The translations under genes and the position numbers were made by a program. From positions 10,927 through 74,926 of the IMG/VR virus record IMGVR_UViG_3300013103_000006: 64,000 bases of DNA; one strand, written 5' to 3'. Below, piece by piece: positions 35,901 to 45,143 of this stretch. Source of the DNA: a virus. Taxonomy: Duplodnaviria > Caudoviricetes. Numbering within the stretch: position 1 is the stretch's first letter; each line of letters begins with the position of its first letter. A model generated the notes under the pieces. The model had not been told where the DNA came from. It saw nothing but the letters and a program-made list of their open reading frames with translations, and made no database searches.

Positions 35901-37630
35901 CTATTTGCTAAGGCAGAGAAAACCATGAGGGCAGTGCCAAATGAGCCGAATAATATGAGGGTCTTTTTTAATTCATTTGTGAAAAGAGATATAAGATAAA
36001 GTAATCCTGAAAGCTGAATCGCACTTGTAGCAATCCAATCTGGCATAACGTCTCCAAGCGTCATAGAGGCTAGAGTAATCGCTGTCATTATAGCTGGAAG
36101 CCCACCAAGCAGAATTTTCATTCGTTCCATGGAAACATTAGCTCCACTTATTTTTCTAACCATATAGGTTGTTGCCTTTGGAACTCCCATTAAAGCAAGC
36201 CTAAATTGCTCGGTTACGGAAGTACCCTTTTTCATATGAATGATAAACTCTCTAAGTGGTGTTTTTAATCCTCGTAATGCTAATGCAACCAGTAGTGTCG
36301 TGCCATAGAATGTACCAAATATCGCAATGATGTATTTCAACACTCCTCCAGTGCCTCTGAATAAACCTCCGAAAAAGTTAATGGCTTTCGTAAAGAATTT
36401 TATCGCTGGCAAAATACCAGATTTTATAATATCCACTATATTAACTAAAACAGGCTCGAATTCTTTACCGATATCAATATATAAATTCTTAATAGCGGAT
36501 GCAAGGCTGGTTAAGCTCCCCCAAAGAGTTCTGATTTGTCTTTCAGCAAGAGCTTCAGTTAATCCCTGAGTCATTGCTAGCTCGGATGCAAAATAAGCTA
36601 TATTATCAGCTGCATTAACTAGAGTAATTGCAGCAGCAGCTGTCTCCGCTCTGAACATAGCAGAAGCTTCAGCTGCGCCAAAACCAGCAGCCTTAAGAGT
36701 ATAGAGAATTTCAGTTATGGAATGCAATCTTGGATCTAAATCAGCAAGAGTTAAACCAAGACCTTCTATTACTTTCTTTCCTTCCTCGGTTGGCTTAATC
36801 AATCTGTTGAGAATCATGTTTAGTCTTCTGCCAGCTTGAGCTCCTTCATAACCAGCATTTACTAAGGAAGCTAATGCTGCTACAGTATCTTCTAATGGAA
36901 CACCCAATGCTCCTGCAATTTGACCAGAGTATTTAAGGGCTTCAGACAGCCTATCTGCAGTCATGAAAGATGATGAAATAGCACCGGTGAATGTATCCAC
37001 AACCCGACTGGCATCATCAAATGAAAGATTGAATTGCTTTAGAGTCTTGATTACTGTCTCCATTGCCTTATCTAAGTCTATACCTTGAGCAGCAGCGTAG
37101 TTCAATACAGGAATTAATTGTTTGTCAGTAACCTCAAATACATCATAGCCTGCTGAGGCGACGGAGTAATAAGCCTTAGCGACATCAAGAGCAGAATAGA
37201 TAGTTTTAGTAGCCATTAGCTTACTCATTTTCTCAATATGCTTAACAGCATCATCGAATGATTCACCAAGATATCCAGATACTCCTGCAGCTAATCCAAC
37301 CGCCTTAGTGAATTCAGATGTTAAGTCGATAGCTTCTTGCATAGCTCGAATAGACCGCATTACAATCTGAACACCAATGGTGAAAGATAGATAGTTCTGA
37401 ATGTGAGTGGAAAATGCCTTAAATCTTTCCTCCCAATACTTAAGACTTTTCTTTACTCCTTTATCATCTATGGCCATCTTAGGAGCTATCACTGTCTTTT
37501 TAAGAGTGGCACCTAGTCTTTTAGCTACTCCTTTAATGTCCTTTTCAGCTGTCTTTAAATCTACCGGTAGTTTCTTAACGTCAACGGTTAATTCGAATCG
37601 AATTTTACCGGCATTAATATCTCCAGGCAT
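32963..37630 (-). CDS. Tail tape measure protein
   Basis: 1555 aa, Ala-rich helical, TP901-type N-domain, central TM cluster, FGG.V..PT.A.MGE.GPE C-terminus. Confidence 0.95.
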   Translation of the reverse strand: MPGDINAGKIRFELTVDVKKLPVDLKTAEKDIKGVAKRLGATLKKTVIAPKMAIDDKGVKKSLKYWEERFKAFSTHIQNYLSFTIGVQIVMRSIRAMQEAIDLTSEFTKAVGLAAGVSGYLGESFDDAVKHIEKMSKLMATKTIYSALDVAKAYYSVASAGYDVFEVTDKQLIPVLNYAAAQGIDLDKAMETVIKTLKQFNLSFDDASRVVDTFTGAISSSFMTADRLSEALKYSGQIAGALGVPLEDTVAALASLVNAGYEGAQAGRRLNMILNRLIKPTEEGKKVIEGLGLTLADLDPRLHSITEILYTLKAAGFGAAEASAMFRAETAAAAITLVNAADNIAYFASELAMTQGLTEALAERQIRTLWGSLTSLASAIKNLYIDIGKEFEPVLVNIVDIIKSGILPAIKFFTKAINFFGGLFRGTGGVLKYIIAIFGTFYGTTLLVALALRGLKTPLREFIIHMKKGTSVTEQFRLALMGVPKATTYMVRKISGANVSMERMKILLGGLPAIMTAITLASMTLGDVMPDWIATSAIQLSGLLYLISLFTNELKKTLILFGSFGTALMVFSALANSLESTNVYLKITLSLLSSLLIVIGLAKTAWKGFKKELYPIFALLAALQILFSVFWKPLRHAFMEIGEKVLGMKTDIAKAKEAASSLIDKFYELRNVVQRMTDVAESIRDIRSAVNELKEEGELTTEIYEKLMNLTSSYSELQSKAASIIGEITKITASATDNLSSYMTTEENYIKTRREQNKLEEENKKLILDIEKYQNEYNEAVAEFGANSEEASAAFGKLIEAMKRQKEISSDLATISSKLGEIENERAKLLDEMIPEERAVAEAVSRVIEYYYEYIDVLEQMSVLTAKINALNNIRNNIDKIMEERLRHLAEAELRVLEAEEKLYKLRKDEPRRLKSIWDALAKEGLLTDELIDARVNLEKSYGDVMRAQVKYASVLDKLTPDQQRQIDLWLQTALAAMEAGEAIPEMPAFISPADQAIIEDYLNALFAYETAVNNIRDVLSAYVSSLVDAGLASQEVADAFYEWLQLSSQIRVAEGDLDEATTDVRNSIDSIATSIWNLWESLSDEEFSTISEKFMEAARRLGILAWFGDDASEVLQSIRDILDDQTISWSNLTDEQAVAALTLGTLGGEYLKLYDVMSGKKILDLIPGAEDFTEFTTAVKEAFGEAIGYIQDFEKELEVMYLKLHPAEYVNKLENIRDFLENISTALEKRFGKENHLVRFLQGTVIPLYDEEIEKWRGYASGIDDFIEAVRGLKTLIKIPKPKELPSGIYLPPVLITKEDLEKALSSATEEASGVAEESGAKTGENFATSFFQTVIGLITPLLSSAVTSSTAEVGITTAGVVQTNMMPVGDAITNAMAPDSSLLISTVQNTLDAIRDAINTTEIPAIEIPIRVVRTGGGRGRTGGSVREAVEEQLNRWNVPEAVKRSVLRYFQFGGLVSKPTIALMGEKGPELVLPLTKPTIARALLSRYLPEYLPELTAQYGGVYGGSTSVTYTTNTEEFNIMGPITIEHVANWDDFVDKLRMKARVAGSYEL

Positions 37631-37830
37631 TATCTTCTTCTAATATTTCTCAACTTTTGTTCAGCTTCTTTATGAGCATCATATTCCTTCTTCCATCTAT
37701 AAAGAATAGCATTCTCAAGAAAAGCTATGCCAGCTGGGTCTTTCATCCGGAGTTCACCAATCTCCTTCGGTGTTTTATTTAGAACCTTACATAACTCAAA
37801 CTCCAGCTGACCTAAACCAGATTCAACGAA
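37630..37830 (-). CDS. Frameshift extension (gpT-like) of the tail assembly chaperone
   Basis: +1 frame from TTC at 37830 is open for 66 codons (FVESGLGQLEFELCKVL...NIRRR) and ends in TAATG overlapping the tape measure start. Confidence 0.85.
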   Translation of the reverse strand, partial: FVESGLGQLEFELCKVLNKTPKEIGELRMKDPAGIAFLENAILYRWKKEYDAHKEAEQKLRNIRRR

Positions 37831-37834
37831 AGGA
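37823..37834 (-). other. +1 ribosomal frameshift site TCC TTT CGT TGA
   Basis: Last codons of the chaperone ORF. Confidence 0.8.
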
Positions 37835-38335
37835 TTTCATCTCTTCAGGACTTATGCTTGTTATTTCTTGAGCCTTTGCTATGACTGCATTAAGGAAATT
37901 CTGAAGAGCATTCCAAGTAGCTATTTTAGACCAGAATTCCTCGTTTAGCTTCTTGTCGATACAGAGTTTAGCAGCTATTTTAGGAAGCTCAGCATAAGCT
38001 TGTTCTAGTTTCTCAGCCTCCTCTTTAGTCATGGTGTCCATGTTATAAGCGGATGTAGCAGCTACAATCTTTATAAGCCGTATCATCTCATCATGAGTTG
38101 GTCTTCGAGCTAATACCATGCGTTTAGTCTCAGGAGATGTCTCAAAAACAACCTTGAGAATATCCTCTCTAAAATCACGCTCTAATTTCTCTCTTGTAGC
38201 TATCTTTTCTATAACATCCTCCATTTCTTTCTTTTTTGTCTTAGCCAATTGCTCTTCGAATTGCTTCCATTGTTCAGGAGTGATACCTTTTCCCTTCTTT
38301 TTCTCCTCAGCCATATATAACCTCCATATACTCAA
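37823..38335 (-). CDS. Tail assembly chaperone (gpG-like)
   Basis: Lies between tail tube and tape measure genes; charged, helical. Confidence 0.85.
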   Translation of the reverse strand: MSIWRLYMAEEKKKGKGITPEQWKQFEEQLAKTKKKEMEDVIEKIATREKLERDFREDILKVVFETSPETKRMVLARRPTHDEMIRLIKIVAATSAYNMDTMTKEEAEKLEQAYAELPKIAAKLCIDKKLNEEFWSKIATWNALQNFLNAVIAKAQEITSISPEEMKSFR

Positions 38336-38339
38336 AGCT

Positions 38340-38415
38340 CAACGAATAACAGATTAACAGAACTAACAGATTAACTGAAGAACAGAAAAGAACATTACGA
38401 CATAAAAATTATTTA
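38340..38415 (-). terminator. T-rich intergenic tract after the tail tube genes
   Basis: Minus strand reads TTTTCTGTTCTTCAGTTAATCTGTTAGTTCTGTTAATCTGTTATT; AACAGATTAAC occurs twice. Confidence 0.4.
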
Positions 38416-38416
38416 A

Positions 38417-38860
38417 TTAGGCGGATATCTTGACTCCTCCACCTGCCAAGTTGGTCTTTGATACCTGATGCGGATTCATTACGATGAAGTCAATAGAGCC
38501 CTTAGTTACAGTGCCAGCATCTCCCATGGATATCTCGAATCCTGTTATCATGCCTGAAGTGAAGTAGAAATGTAGGGATTTATCACCAGCAGAGCCAGAT
38601 ATAATAACATTAGTTCCATTGATTAGATGCTCGAGAAGAACACCAGCTGCATTGTTATCTAGCTTAATCGCTGTAAGAGAGCCCTCAACGGATAGGAAGC
38701 CTGCTCGGACATCATTTCCTTTCTCACCAACTAACGGAGTCTCAATGGTATCTCTTGTGAGAGTAATTCTGAAATCTGATAAACCAATGGTAGAATGAGA
38801 TTTACCTCCAATTGTTATTTTTGCATCTTCACCAGTATAGGTTTCAGGTGTTGCTCCCAT
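38417..38860 (-). CDS. Tail tube protein, paralog 2
   Basis: 147 aa; GLSDF....RDT.E.PLVG..G shared with paralog 1. Confidence 0.75.
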   Translation of the reverse strand: MGATPETYTGEDAKITIGGKSHSTIGLSDFRITLTRDTIETPLVGEKGNDVRAGFLSVEGSLTAIKLDNNAAGVLLEHLINGTNVIISGSAGDKSLHFYFTSGMITGFEISMGDAGTVTKGSIDFIVMNPHQVSKTNLAGGGVKISA

Positions 38861-38872
38861 ATTATCACCTCA

Positions 38873-39316
38873 TTATGCACTTACATGGCCATTGCTATAG
38901 CTTGCGTTATAGGCATCAACGACGACAAAGTCGATGGAAGCTTCCGTAATGGTGGAAGCATCTCCGAATGTTATCTCATAAGAAGTGACCTGACAAGATG
39001 GGAAATACCAAGAGAGACCATCACTTGCAGTGCTACCAGATACTATCAGGTATGTATCGGGGTCTACTAGATTATCAAGAACATCAGAATTACCAGAAGC
39101 AGCAAATCTGCAATTTGTTAGTGAACCTTCAATTGTCAGCTTACCAGCCTTTCTATAGTTACCCTCTTGACCAACCAGCGGTTGCTCGACAGTATCTCTG
39201 GAGAATCTAAGAGTAAAGTCACTAAGACCCCATAGACTTACTCCTTTATTTGGTAGGTCGGATGAGGAAGTAGAGAGGAATACCTTAGCACTCCTTCCAG
39301 TAACTATACCAGCCAT
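38873..39316 (-). CDS. Tail tube protein, paralog 1
   Basis: 147 aa; same motifs; upstream of chaperone and tape measure. Confidence 0.75.
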   Translation of the reverse strand: MAGIVTGRSAKVFLSTSSSDLPNKGVSLWGLSDFTLRFSRDTVEQPLVGQEGNYRKAGKLTIEGSLTNCRFAASGNSDVLDNLVDPDTYLIVSGSTASDGLSWYFPSCQVTSYEITFGDASTITEASIDFVVVDAYNASYSNGHVSA

Positions 39317-39358
39317 GTTATCACTCTATATTGAACATACCAAACAAACATCTGGATG

Positions 39359-40006
39359 CTATTTCGATTTCTTAATTACCCATCTAGCCCCATAAATAGT
39401 CCCATGGTTATCATAACCAGAAATATCGTGGCAGACATCACCTTCATGCTCATTCATCGGTAAATGCAGTACTAAGCCGGTGTCATCTATCTCCTCCCCA
39501 TTGTAGAGTCTGGTTATTTCTTCTGCGTTTAGTTCCCTGTTGTATATTCTTATGTCATCTATTATTCCTTTGAATGAAAGTGTTTGTATCGATGATAAAC
39601 CTATCAAAAGATTATCCGTTACTGTTTTTCTTGTTGTTGCGGTTCCTGCTGTTGTTAATGTTTGTTTTTCTCCATTGATATATATTTTATCAAACATGTA
39701 TACTATATGTGTCCATTTATTCTTTTGTATTGCATTTTCTGCGGCATAATATTTATATGATGATCCATCTCCCCATATCATTTGTGGTTTAAGTTCTGTT
39801 GATAATCTGGTCATATAGTTATTATTACACCATGATGTTGCTTCAGCTTTTGCCACTATTAAAATTGGTGTATTTGTTATCTTTTGTGTTTTAATCCATA
39901 CTGATATAGTTATTTCATCTGTTATATCTAAACTACTATCATTTCCACAATCAACATAGTCATCTATTCCATCAAAGTATAGTCCACCTGTTCTATTTAC
40001 CGCCAC
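39359..40006 (-). CDS. LamG/concanavalin-like domain protein
   Basis: LYFDG.DDYV, ITISVWIK, WTHIV, GIIDDIRIYNREL. Confidence 0.9.
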   Translation of the reverse strand: MAVNRTGGLYFDGIDDYVDCGNDSSLDITDEITISVWIKTQKITNTPILIVAKAEATSWCNNNYMTRLSTELKPQMIWGDGSSYKYYAAENAIQKNKWTHIVYMFDKIYINGEKQTLTTAGTATTRKTVTDNLLIGLSSIQTLSFKGIIDDIRIYNRELNAEEITRLYNGEEIDDTGLVLHLPMNEHEGDVCHDISGYDNHGTIYGARWVIKKSK

Positions 40007-40253
40007 CGGTTTTTCCCTCCTCTACTGATTTCAAGGATGGGTAGAGGTCATAGTATCCTTTGATATGCTCTGTTTTACCTTCTTCATCTTTTTTATCTAC
40101 CCCATACAGGTATTCCTCTGCTATCTTCTGTTTCTCTGTGTCTGTTGTATCTTCTTTCACACAGATCTCATGTTTTATTCCATTCTCTGTGAAGTAGATG
40201 ACGCTATACCCTGCTTGGTTTGGATGTGGTTTAACGTTTATCTCAAATGGCAT
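39993..40253 (-). CDS. Hypothetical protein
   Basis: Coupled ORF. Confidence 0.6.
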   Translation of the reverse strand: MPFEINVKPHPNQAGYSVIYFTENGIKHEICVKEDTTDTEKQKIAEEYLYGVDKKDEEGKTEHIKGYYDLYPSLKSVEEGKTGGGK

Positions 40254-40756
40254 CAGCTTTTCACCTCCATAGCAGCGGAGAAGGTGAAACTAGGAGAGGT
40301 TCCACCTATAACCCAGCGTAACCGCACATACCGGTACGGCAAATCAGTCAACTCCTTCCAGACAGTAGTGACGCTACTGATAGTAGAAGGATTCCAGATA
40401 GTATTATATTTACCACTAAGAGTGTCCTTCCCTTCAAGATAGAAATCTATAGTTGGGCTAGTGCCACTAACAGCAGTAACATCAATACAAACAGCAGCAC
40501 ACATTACATGGCTAATATCAATATCACCTGAATTTCCACTGGATGTCTCTGCTTTACTGGAATGAAGAGTAATATTCTCCTGCCAATGACTTTGGGGTTC
40601 AACTGGAACCATAATGTCACTGTCCGTAATCTTGAGATATTCAATATTTCCAAGAATTCTTCCAGATTCATCTACTGCTATGAGACGAATTATTGAATTA
40701 TCGCTATCGTATCCTGCTATCATTCTCGTAGATGTATGAGTAGTTAAATCACTCAT
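40253..40756 (-). CDS. Hypothetical beta-sandwich virion protein
   Basis: YRYVRLRWVI; AAGAGGT RBS. Confidence 0.6.
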   Translation of the reverse strand: MSDLTTHTSTRMIAGYDSDNSIIRLIAVDESGRILGNIEYLKITDSDIMVPVEPQSHWQENITLHSSKAETSSGNSGDIDISHVMCAAVCIDVTAVSGTSPTIDFYLEGKDTLSGKYNTIWNPSTISSVTTVWKELTDLPYRYVRLRWVIGGTSPSFTFSAAMEVKS

Positions 40757-40789
40757 ACCTTATACCTCTTTATACTCACATTAACTACA

Positions 40790-42106
40790 CTATGGTTTAT
40801 AAACAGCTTTCCAGTAAACCGTTCTATCAGCACTGACAGCGGAGTCAACAACGATATCAAAAGTTGTAGAACCAACATTCTGGACGTAGGCATCCTTGAC
40901 CTCACTATGGGTACCAGTAAGCTGTATCTCAGTGGGAGTACCAGCCAAGCCGTGAGTGACAGTTACAGAAGTACTACCGTTGGAGATGGTAGCAGTGCCA
41001 GAGTTTTCGAGTTTGAAAATATTTGTGACATTTTCATAAACATTATTATTAACTACAATCCCTGGAGAAGTAGAAGCGTTAGTGCCTAGACTAACCGAAT
41101 TTGAAATCGTATACCCGCTATCCCCTCTTAAAATATTATTAGTAAATATAATATGGCTATAAGATAAACTTGATGGTGGATCGAGTTTCAAACAACTTTG
41201 TAAATTTGTTGATGTTACTTGTATGTAATTACCTATTATAATTTGACTATCTGCCCATCCATAAAAAGCCGAAGTAGTTGGATTATCAATTTGGTTGGCG
41301 ACTATAAGGTTCCCTGCAGCCCACTTCCAATATATACCATATGAATAGGATGTAGCAGGTACTTTTGATATGTGATTCTGAATGATGATATTTGTCCCAT
41401 ATTCAAGATATATCCCTGTATCGCACCCTTGAATAAGATTATGTGCAATATAATTATCTGATGCAAGAGAACCTATATATATGCCGTAAGGAGAGCCTGA
41501 ATTTTCTCTACCCATAATCTTATTTTCTAGGATTTCGATTTCATAATGGTGGATAGATGAGTGACTGACATATATACCAGCTTGCGTAAAAGCAATTATG
41601 AAACAATTTTTAACAGTATTTTTTTCTCCTCCTTTACTAATATATACGCCGTATTGAGCTTTAGAATTACAGTCTAAACCCAATGATTCAATATGCAACC
41701 CTCTTATATATGATTTTGTTGCTTTGAAAATAGCTTCGATGTTAGATGCCGCCGAAAGAAAGGTACCTTTTTTGTCACTTAAATCTGATTTTATGCTTGC
41801 TTTCTCACCACAGATATATATACCATTATAAGGTATTTCAATGGTAGACGAAATGTCATATACGCCTTTTTTAATAAAAATTAATCCTCCCGAATCACAG
41901 TTGTTTATAGTGTCCTGTATTACAGTCGCTGCATCAGTACCACTGAAGTCTACTTTACCTGTGTCGCCATTCTTAGCATAGATGGTATCACCGTCTTTGA
42001 AGATTATATAGGATGCTGGATATCCAAGATGTTGAATAGTTGAATCATCGAAATTAAACACACCATCATATTTATGCACACCATAACCATATTCATGTCG
42101 AACCAT
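40790..42106 (-). CDS. Right-handed beta-helix (pectate-lyase-like) fibre/spike
   Basis: Repeated GIY/N.I..N turns; C-terminal TVTHGL..TP domain. Confidence 0.8.
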   Translation of the reverse strand: MVRHEYGYGVHKYDGVFNFDDSTIQHLGYPASYIIFKDGDTIYAKNGDTGKVDFSGTDAATVIQDTINNCDSGGLIFIKKGVYDISSTIEIPYNGIYICGEKASIKSDLSDKKGTFLSAASNIEAIFKATKSYIRGLHIESLGLDCNSKAQYGVYISKGGEKNTVKNCFIIAFTQAGIYVSHSSIHHYEIEILENKIMGRENSGSPYGIYIGSLASDNYIAHNLIQGCDTGIYLEYGTNIIIQNHISKVPATSYSYGIYWKWAAGNLIVANQIDNPTTSAFYGWADSQIIIGNYIQVTSTNLQSCLKLDPPSSLSYSHIIFTNNILRGDSGYTISNSVSLGTNASTSPGIVVNNNVYENVTNIFKLENSGTATISNGSTSVTVTHGLAGTPTEIQLTGTHSEVKDAYVQNVGSTTFDIVVDSAVSADRTVYWKAVYKP

Positions 42107-42117
42107 CTTTCCTCAAA

Positions 42118-42516
42118 TTATCTTTCAAACACATAAACATAACTAAATCGGAGAATCTTCCTATGAGCCTTAAGAGCAACCTCCCAAGTGTCTACTTCTG
42201 ATGTCTTAGAATAACCATTAGCCATTAGTTCTTTAGTGACGATATCAGCAATCTCAGTAGCTTCTTTAACACTCTTTCTAGATAGTATGTCAATTTGAAA
42301 TGAGATATTGATTTCATGTAATTTCTGACCATCAGGAGCAGTACCGTATCCGAGATATCCAACATCAGATTCTCCTATAGTGGTTATGGCTATAAGTGGA
42401 AAGGAAGTAGCTGCTTCTATCCAGCCAACTCTTATATTATTGCTAGATACATAATTAGATAAATCAGCAGAAGCAACCAAGATATCTCTTGTTTGTTTGA
42501 GTAAACTATAGCTCAT
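42118..42516 (-). CDS. Tail terminator
   Basis: FPLIAI, FQIDILS, position in the neck module. Confidence 0.7.
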   Translation of the reverse strand: MSYSLLKQTRDILVASADLSNYVSSNNIRVGWIEAATSFPLIAITTIGESDVGYLGYGTAPDGQKLHEINISFQIDILSRKSVKEATEIADIVTKELMANGYSKTSEVDTWEVALKAHRKILRFSYVYVFER

Positions 42517-43055
42517 GTTCCAGCAGGAGTTATATGGGACTTCATATAGGAAGCAATCACATCAACAGTCTTTCGTCTATCATCAGAAGTTGGGAAGCCA
42601 TTCAGAGCACTGCCTAAAAAACCTTTATGTCTCTGCTGGCCTCTTACGAAAGGAACCTTCTTAACAGTTCCATCAAGACTGTCAAAATATAGATAATCAC
42701 CTTCTGTTGGCTTGATTACTCCAAATGTTCCGTATTCCTGAGCAGCAGCATGCTTGGATTCATTAGTAACACCTATCTTTATCTTTGTGCCTTCAAACTT
42801 AGGTTGCTCAATTCTCCATCCTTCAAGTATGGATATATCTCTCCATCTCTCTGGATGTTTATAGACTTCATAGTTTCTATCTGGAGAAGGAATAGAGACA
42901 TATCCTCCAGCTATAAGATTTTCATTAGCTCTTATAGTTACAGATTCAGCTGCATATTCAAGACCTTCCATAGCCGCAAGAATAGCTACTTGTCTAATCT
43001 GATTCAGCTTTCTCTTGAATTGTGCTTCATTCTTCCATTTAACATTTACAACCAT
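42513..43055 (-). CDS. HK97 gp10-like tail-completion protein
   Basis: HAAAQEYGT...FL..A pattern. Confidence 0.75.
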   Translation of the reverse strand: MVVNVKWKNEAQFKRKLNQIRQVAILAAMEGLEYAAESVTIRANENLIAGGYVSIPSPDRNYEVYKHPERWRDISILEGWRIEQPKFEGTKIKIGVTNESKHAAAQEYGTFGVIKPTEGDYLYFDSLDGTVKKVPFVRGQQRHKGFLGSALNGFPTSDDRRKTVDVIASYMKSHITPAGT

Positions 43056-43360
43056 GATACTATCAACTTCTTATATGTGTGTTCAGAGTCATATAACACT
43101 TCATTGACGAGATACATTTGATTTTCATAGCTTATTCTATCTCCTGGTTTGATGCTTTCTGAATAATCAACATAAATCTTACCAGCTAGATTTTCATATC
43201 TGCCACCATAGTATGCTACATCTTCATCTGAAGCTGGAATGAATCTAGCGTCTATCGAGCCCGAAGTTGTGTAGGAAGCTACCCATTCGCCAAGCTCATT
43301 CTGAGATGAAGTAAGAGTATATTTATATATTGTATGCTCAAGCATTGATTCGAAAGTCAT
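43046..43360 (-). CDS. Head closure (stopper) protein
   Basis: QNELGE, IKPGDRI....Y.V. Confidence 0.75.
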   Translation of the reverse strand: MTFESMLEHTIYKYTLTSSQNELGEWVASYTTSGSIDARFIPASDEDVAYYGGRYENLAGKIYVDYSESIKPGDRISYENQMYLVNEVLYDSEHTYKKLIVSWL

Positions 43361-43362
43361 GG

Positions 43363-43767
43363 CTAAATATCAAATCCTAAAACACGGTCTACGACATAAT
43401 AGTAATCTGATTTGGACTTTAAAATGTCAAGAGCCATTTTTCTGAATTCAAGCCAAGAATTATAAGATTTGGAGTATCTAGATGCAGTTTGATATGAATA
43501 ATCACCTAATTTTTCACTTACAAGAACATCATACTTTTTAGCCAAGACAGGATTCTGAACGACCTGAGAGGCAACTAAGAGTAATGCTGGAATCCTAGCT
43601 GTATCTTTAGTTGGCATATTTCCATTAAAGAAGACATCCTTAATATAAGTCTCAACAGCTTCAATTTTAGCTAGTAGCTCATCATCTGATATATCATCAC
43701 TCGATAAGGAGGGAGTGAAGAAGCTTCTAACTTCTGATACAGTCACTAATTGAGGAGTATATGTCAT
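43363..43767 (-). CDS. Head-tail adaptor
   Basis: TVSEVR, SEKLGDYSY. Confidence 0.75.
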   Translation of the reverse strand: MTYTPQLVTVSEVRSFFTPSLSSDDISDDELLAKIEAVETYIKDVFFNGNMPTKDTARIPALLLVASQVVQNPVLAKKYDVLVSEKLGDYSYQTASRYSKSYNSWLEFRKMALDILKSKSDYYYVVDRVLGFDI

Positions 43768-43768
43768 A

Positions 43769-44011
43769 TTATCTACCCGGCAATTCTCTTATATCAATCC
43801 ATTTAGGTTGACGTATATTCCAATTTTGAGGGAATGGATACTGCTGAACAAGATAGGTCCAAGGATTGGTTTTGCCGCCACCATCAGGAAATGAAACCTC
43901 AAGTTCCTCTAATTCATCGTCTGTAAAGACAGTTCTATCTCTAAGTGCTTCTCTTCTCAATTCTTCAATTGATTCTCGCATCCATTTTTGTTGACCTAAT
44001 CCATTAATCAT
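43769..44011 (-). CDS. Hypothetical protein
   Basis: Between capsid and adaptor genes. Confidence 0.55.
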   Translation of the reverse strand: MINGLGQQKWMRESIEELRREALRDRTVFTDDELEELEVSFPDGGGKTNPWTYLVQQYPFPQNWNIRQPKWIDIRELPGR

Positions 44012-44063
44012 AATAATCCTTATTAGTTAATGATGATTAATAAACAGATAAACATAAATAGAA

Positions 44064-44085
44064 GGGAGGGCAGAAAGCCCATCCC
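44064..44085 (-). terminator. Hairpin followed by T-rich tract after the capsid gene
   Basis: GGGA-T-GGGC TTTCT GCCC-TCCC then TTCTATTTATGTTT. Confidence 0.6.
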
Positions 44086-44109
44086 ATCTACTAAACATCA
44101 TTTTTATGA

Positions 44110-45084
44110 TTACTTTGCTAGTATTCTAACTCCTGCGTCGTCTCTGAGCAAACCAACACCGAATCTCATTTTGACTATTATGCCCTCAAGGTCGTGAATT
44201 GGATCATCATATCTCTCGACTGTTATGTCGTCCCTCATGGCTATGATTGCAGTGTTCTGTGAATCAAGTACAAGAGCATTGTAGTGACCAGAGGCATCGG
44301 TGCCATCCCAAGACTGAGTCACGTCATCAGATGTAGAGACTGATAGGGTGTATGGCTTTAGTCCTAGTAGTCTGGTTCCGATGCTACCTTCTCTTAGACC
44401 AGCCTCAGTACCAGCGTATGATACATAGACTAAATTGGAATCAGATAGCAGATATGCCTCAGCTGATGGATGTGTAATGAGTGTATCGGGTATCCAGTTC
44501 TTCTCTTTGACTCGTCCAATTGCTGTTGCGATATCAGTTACCGCAAGATGAGTTCCTGCTGGATCGACATCGGTGCATCCATCAAGCTCAGATAGAAGTT
44601 TGTCTAGTACTCTCTGGTTTAGAGTGTTCTCCATTACGTAACCAGCCCATTTTAGCTGATGCTCGACTACATTGAATAAGCCATCGTCAATCATCTCTTT
44701 GGTTATGAGACCTCTAAGGCCGTATTTCTCAACCTCAACGTCAACCTTTGAATAGGATGCTTCATCGATTGGGAATGCACCGCCCTCAGCAACTTTAGAA
44801 GCATATGCTCCAGAAGAACCAAGAACGAATCTTACTTTATATGAATCAGTCTTCTGGATTGGGAATACGTCTCTTACACAACGTGCTGGCTGTGCCCCCT
44901 CATAAATTTTCTTTATGACCTCTTCCTGTAAGAGAGTAGTTTCGTTGATATCCTCAGCCTGAAGTAGTGTCTTTACAGCCTTCTCACCGACAATCTTTTT
45001 AAATCTCTCGGAGTTTAGCATTCTCTTTCTCTCAGAGTTCCCAGCGAATGCATACTCCATTAGTTTTACGAACTTAGATTCCAT
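44110..45084 (-). CDS. Major capsid protein, HK97 fold
   Basis: 324 aa; VEKYGLRGLITKEMIDD, D.EGI.V.MRFG; follows scaffold and decoration genes. Confidence 0.9.
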   Translation of the reverse strand: MESKFVKLMEYAFAGNSERKRMLNSERFKKIVGEKAVKTLLQAEDINETTLLQEEVIKKIYEGAQPARCVRDVFPIQKTDSYKVRFVLGSSGAYASKVAEGGAFPIDEASYSKVDVEVEKYGLRGLITKEMIDDGLFNVVEHQLKWAGYVMENTLNQRVLDKLLSELDGCTDVDPAGTHLAVTDIATAIGRVKEKNWIPDTLITHPSAEAYLLSDSNLVYVSYAGTEAGLREGSIGTRLLGLKPYTLSVSTSDDVTQSWDGTDASGHYNALVLDSQNTAIIAMRDDITVERYDDPIHDLEGIIVKMRFGVGLLRDDAGVRILAK

Positions 45085-45143
45085 TTTAACATTAAGCCTA
45101 TATCAAACATACAACATAAAGACAAATAAACAGGAAGATAGAA

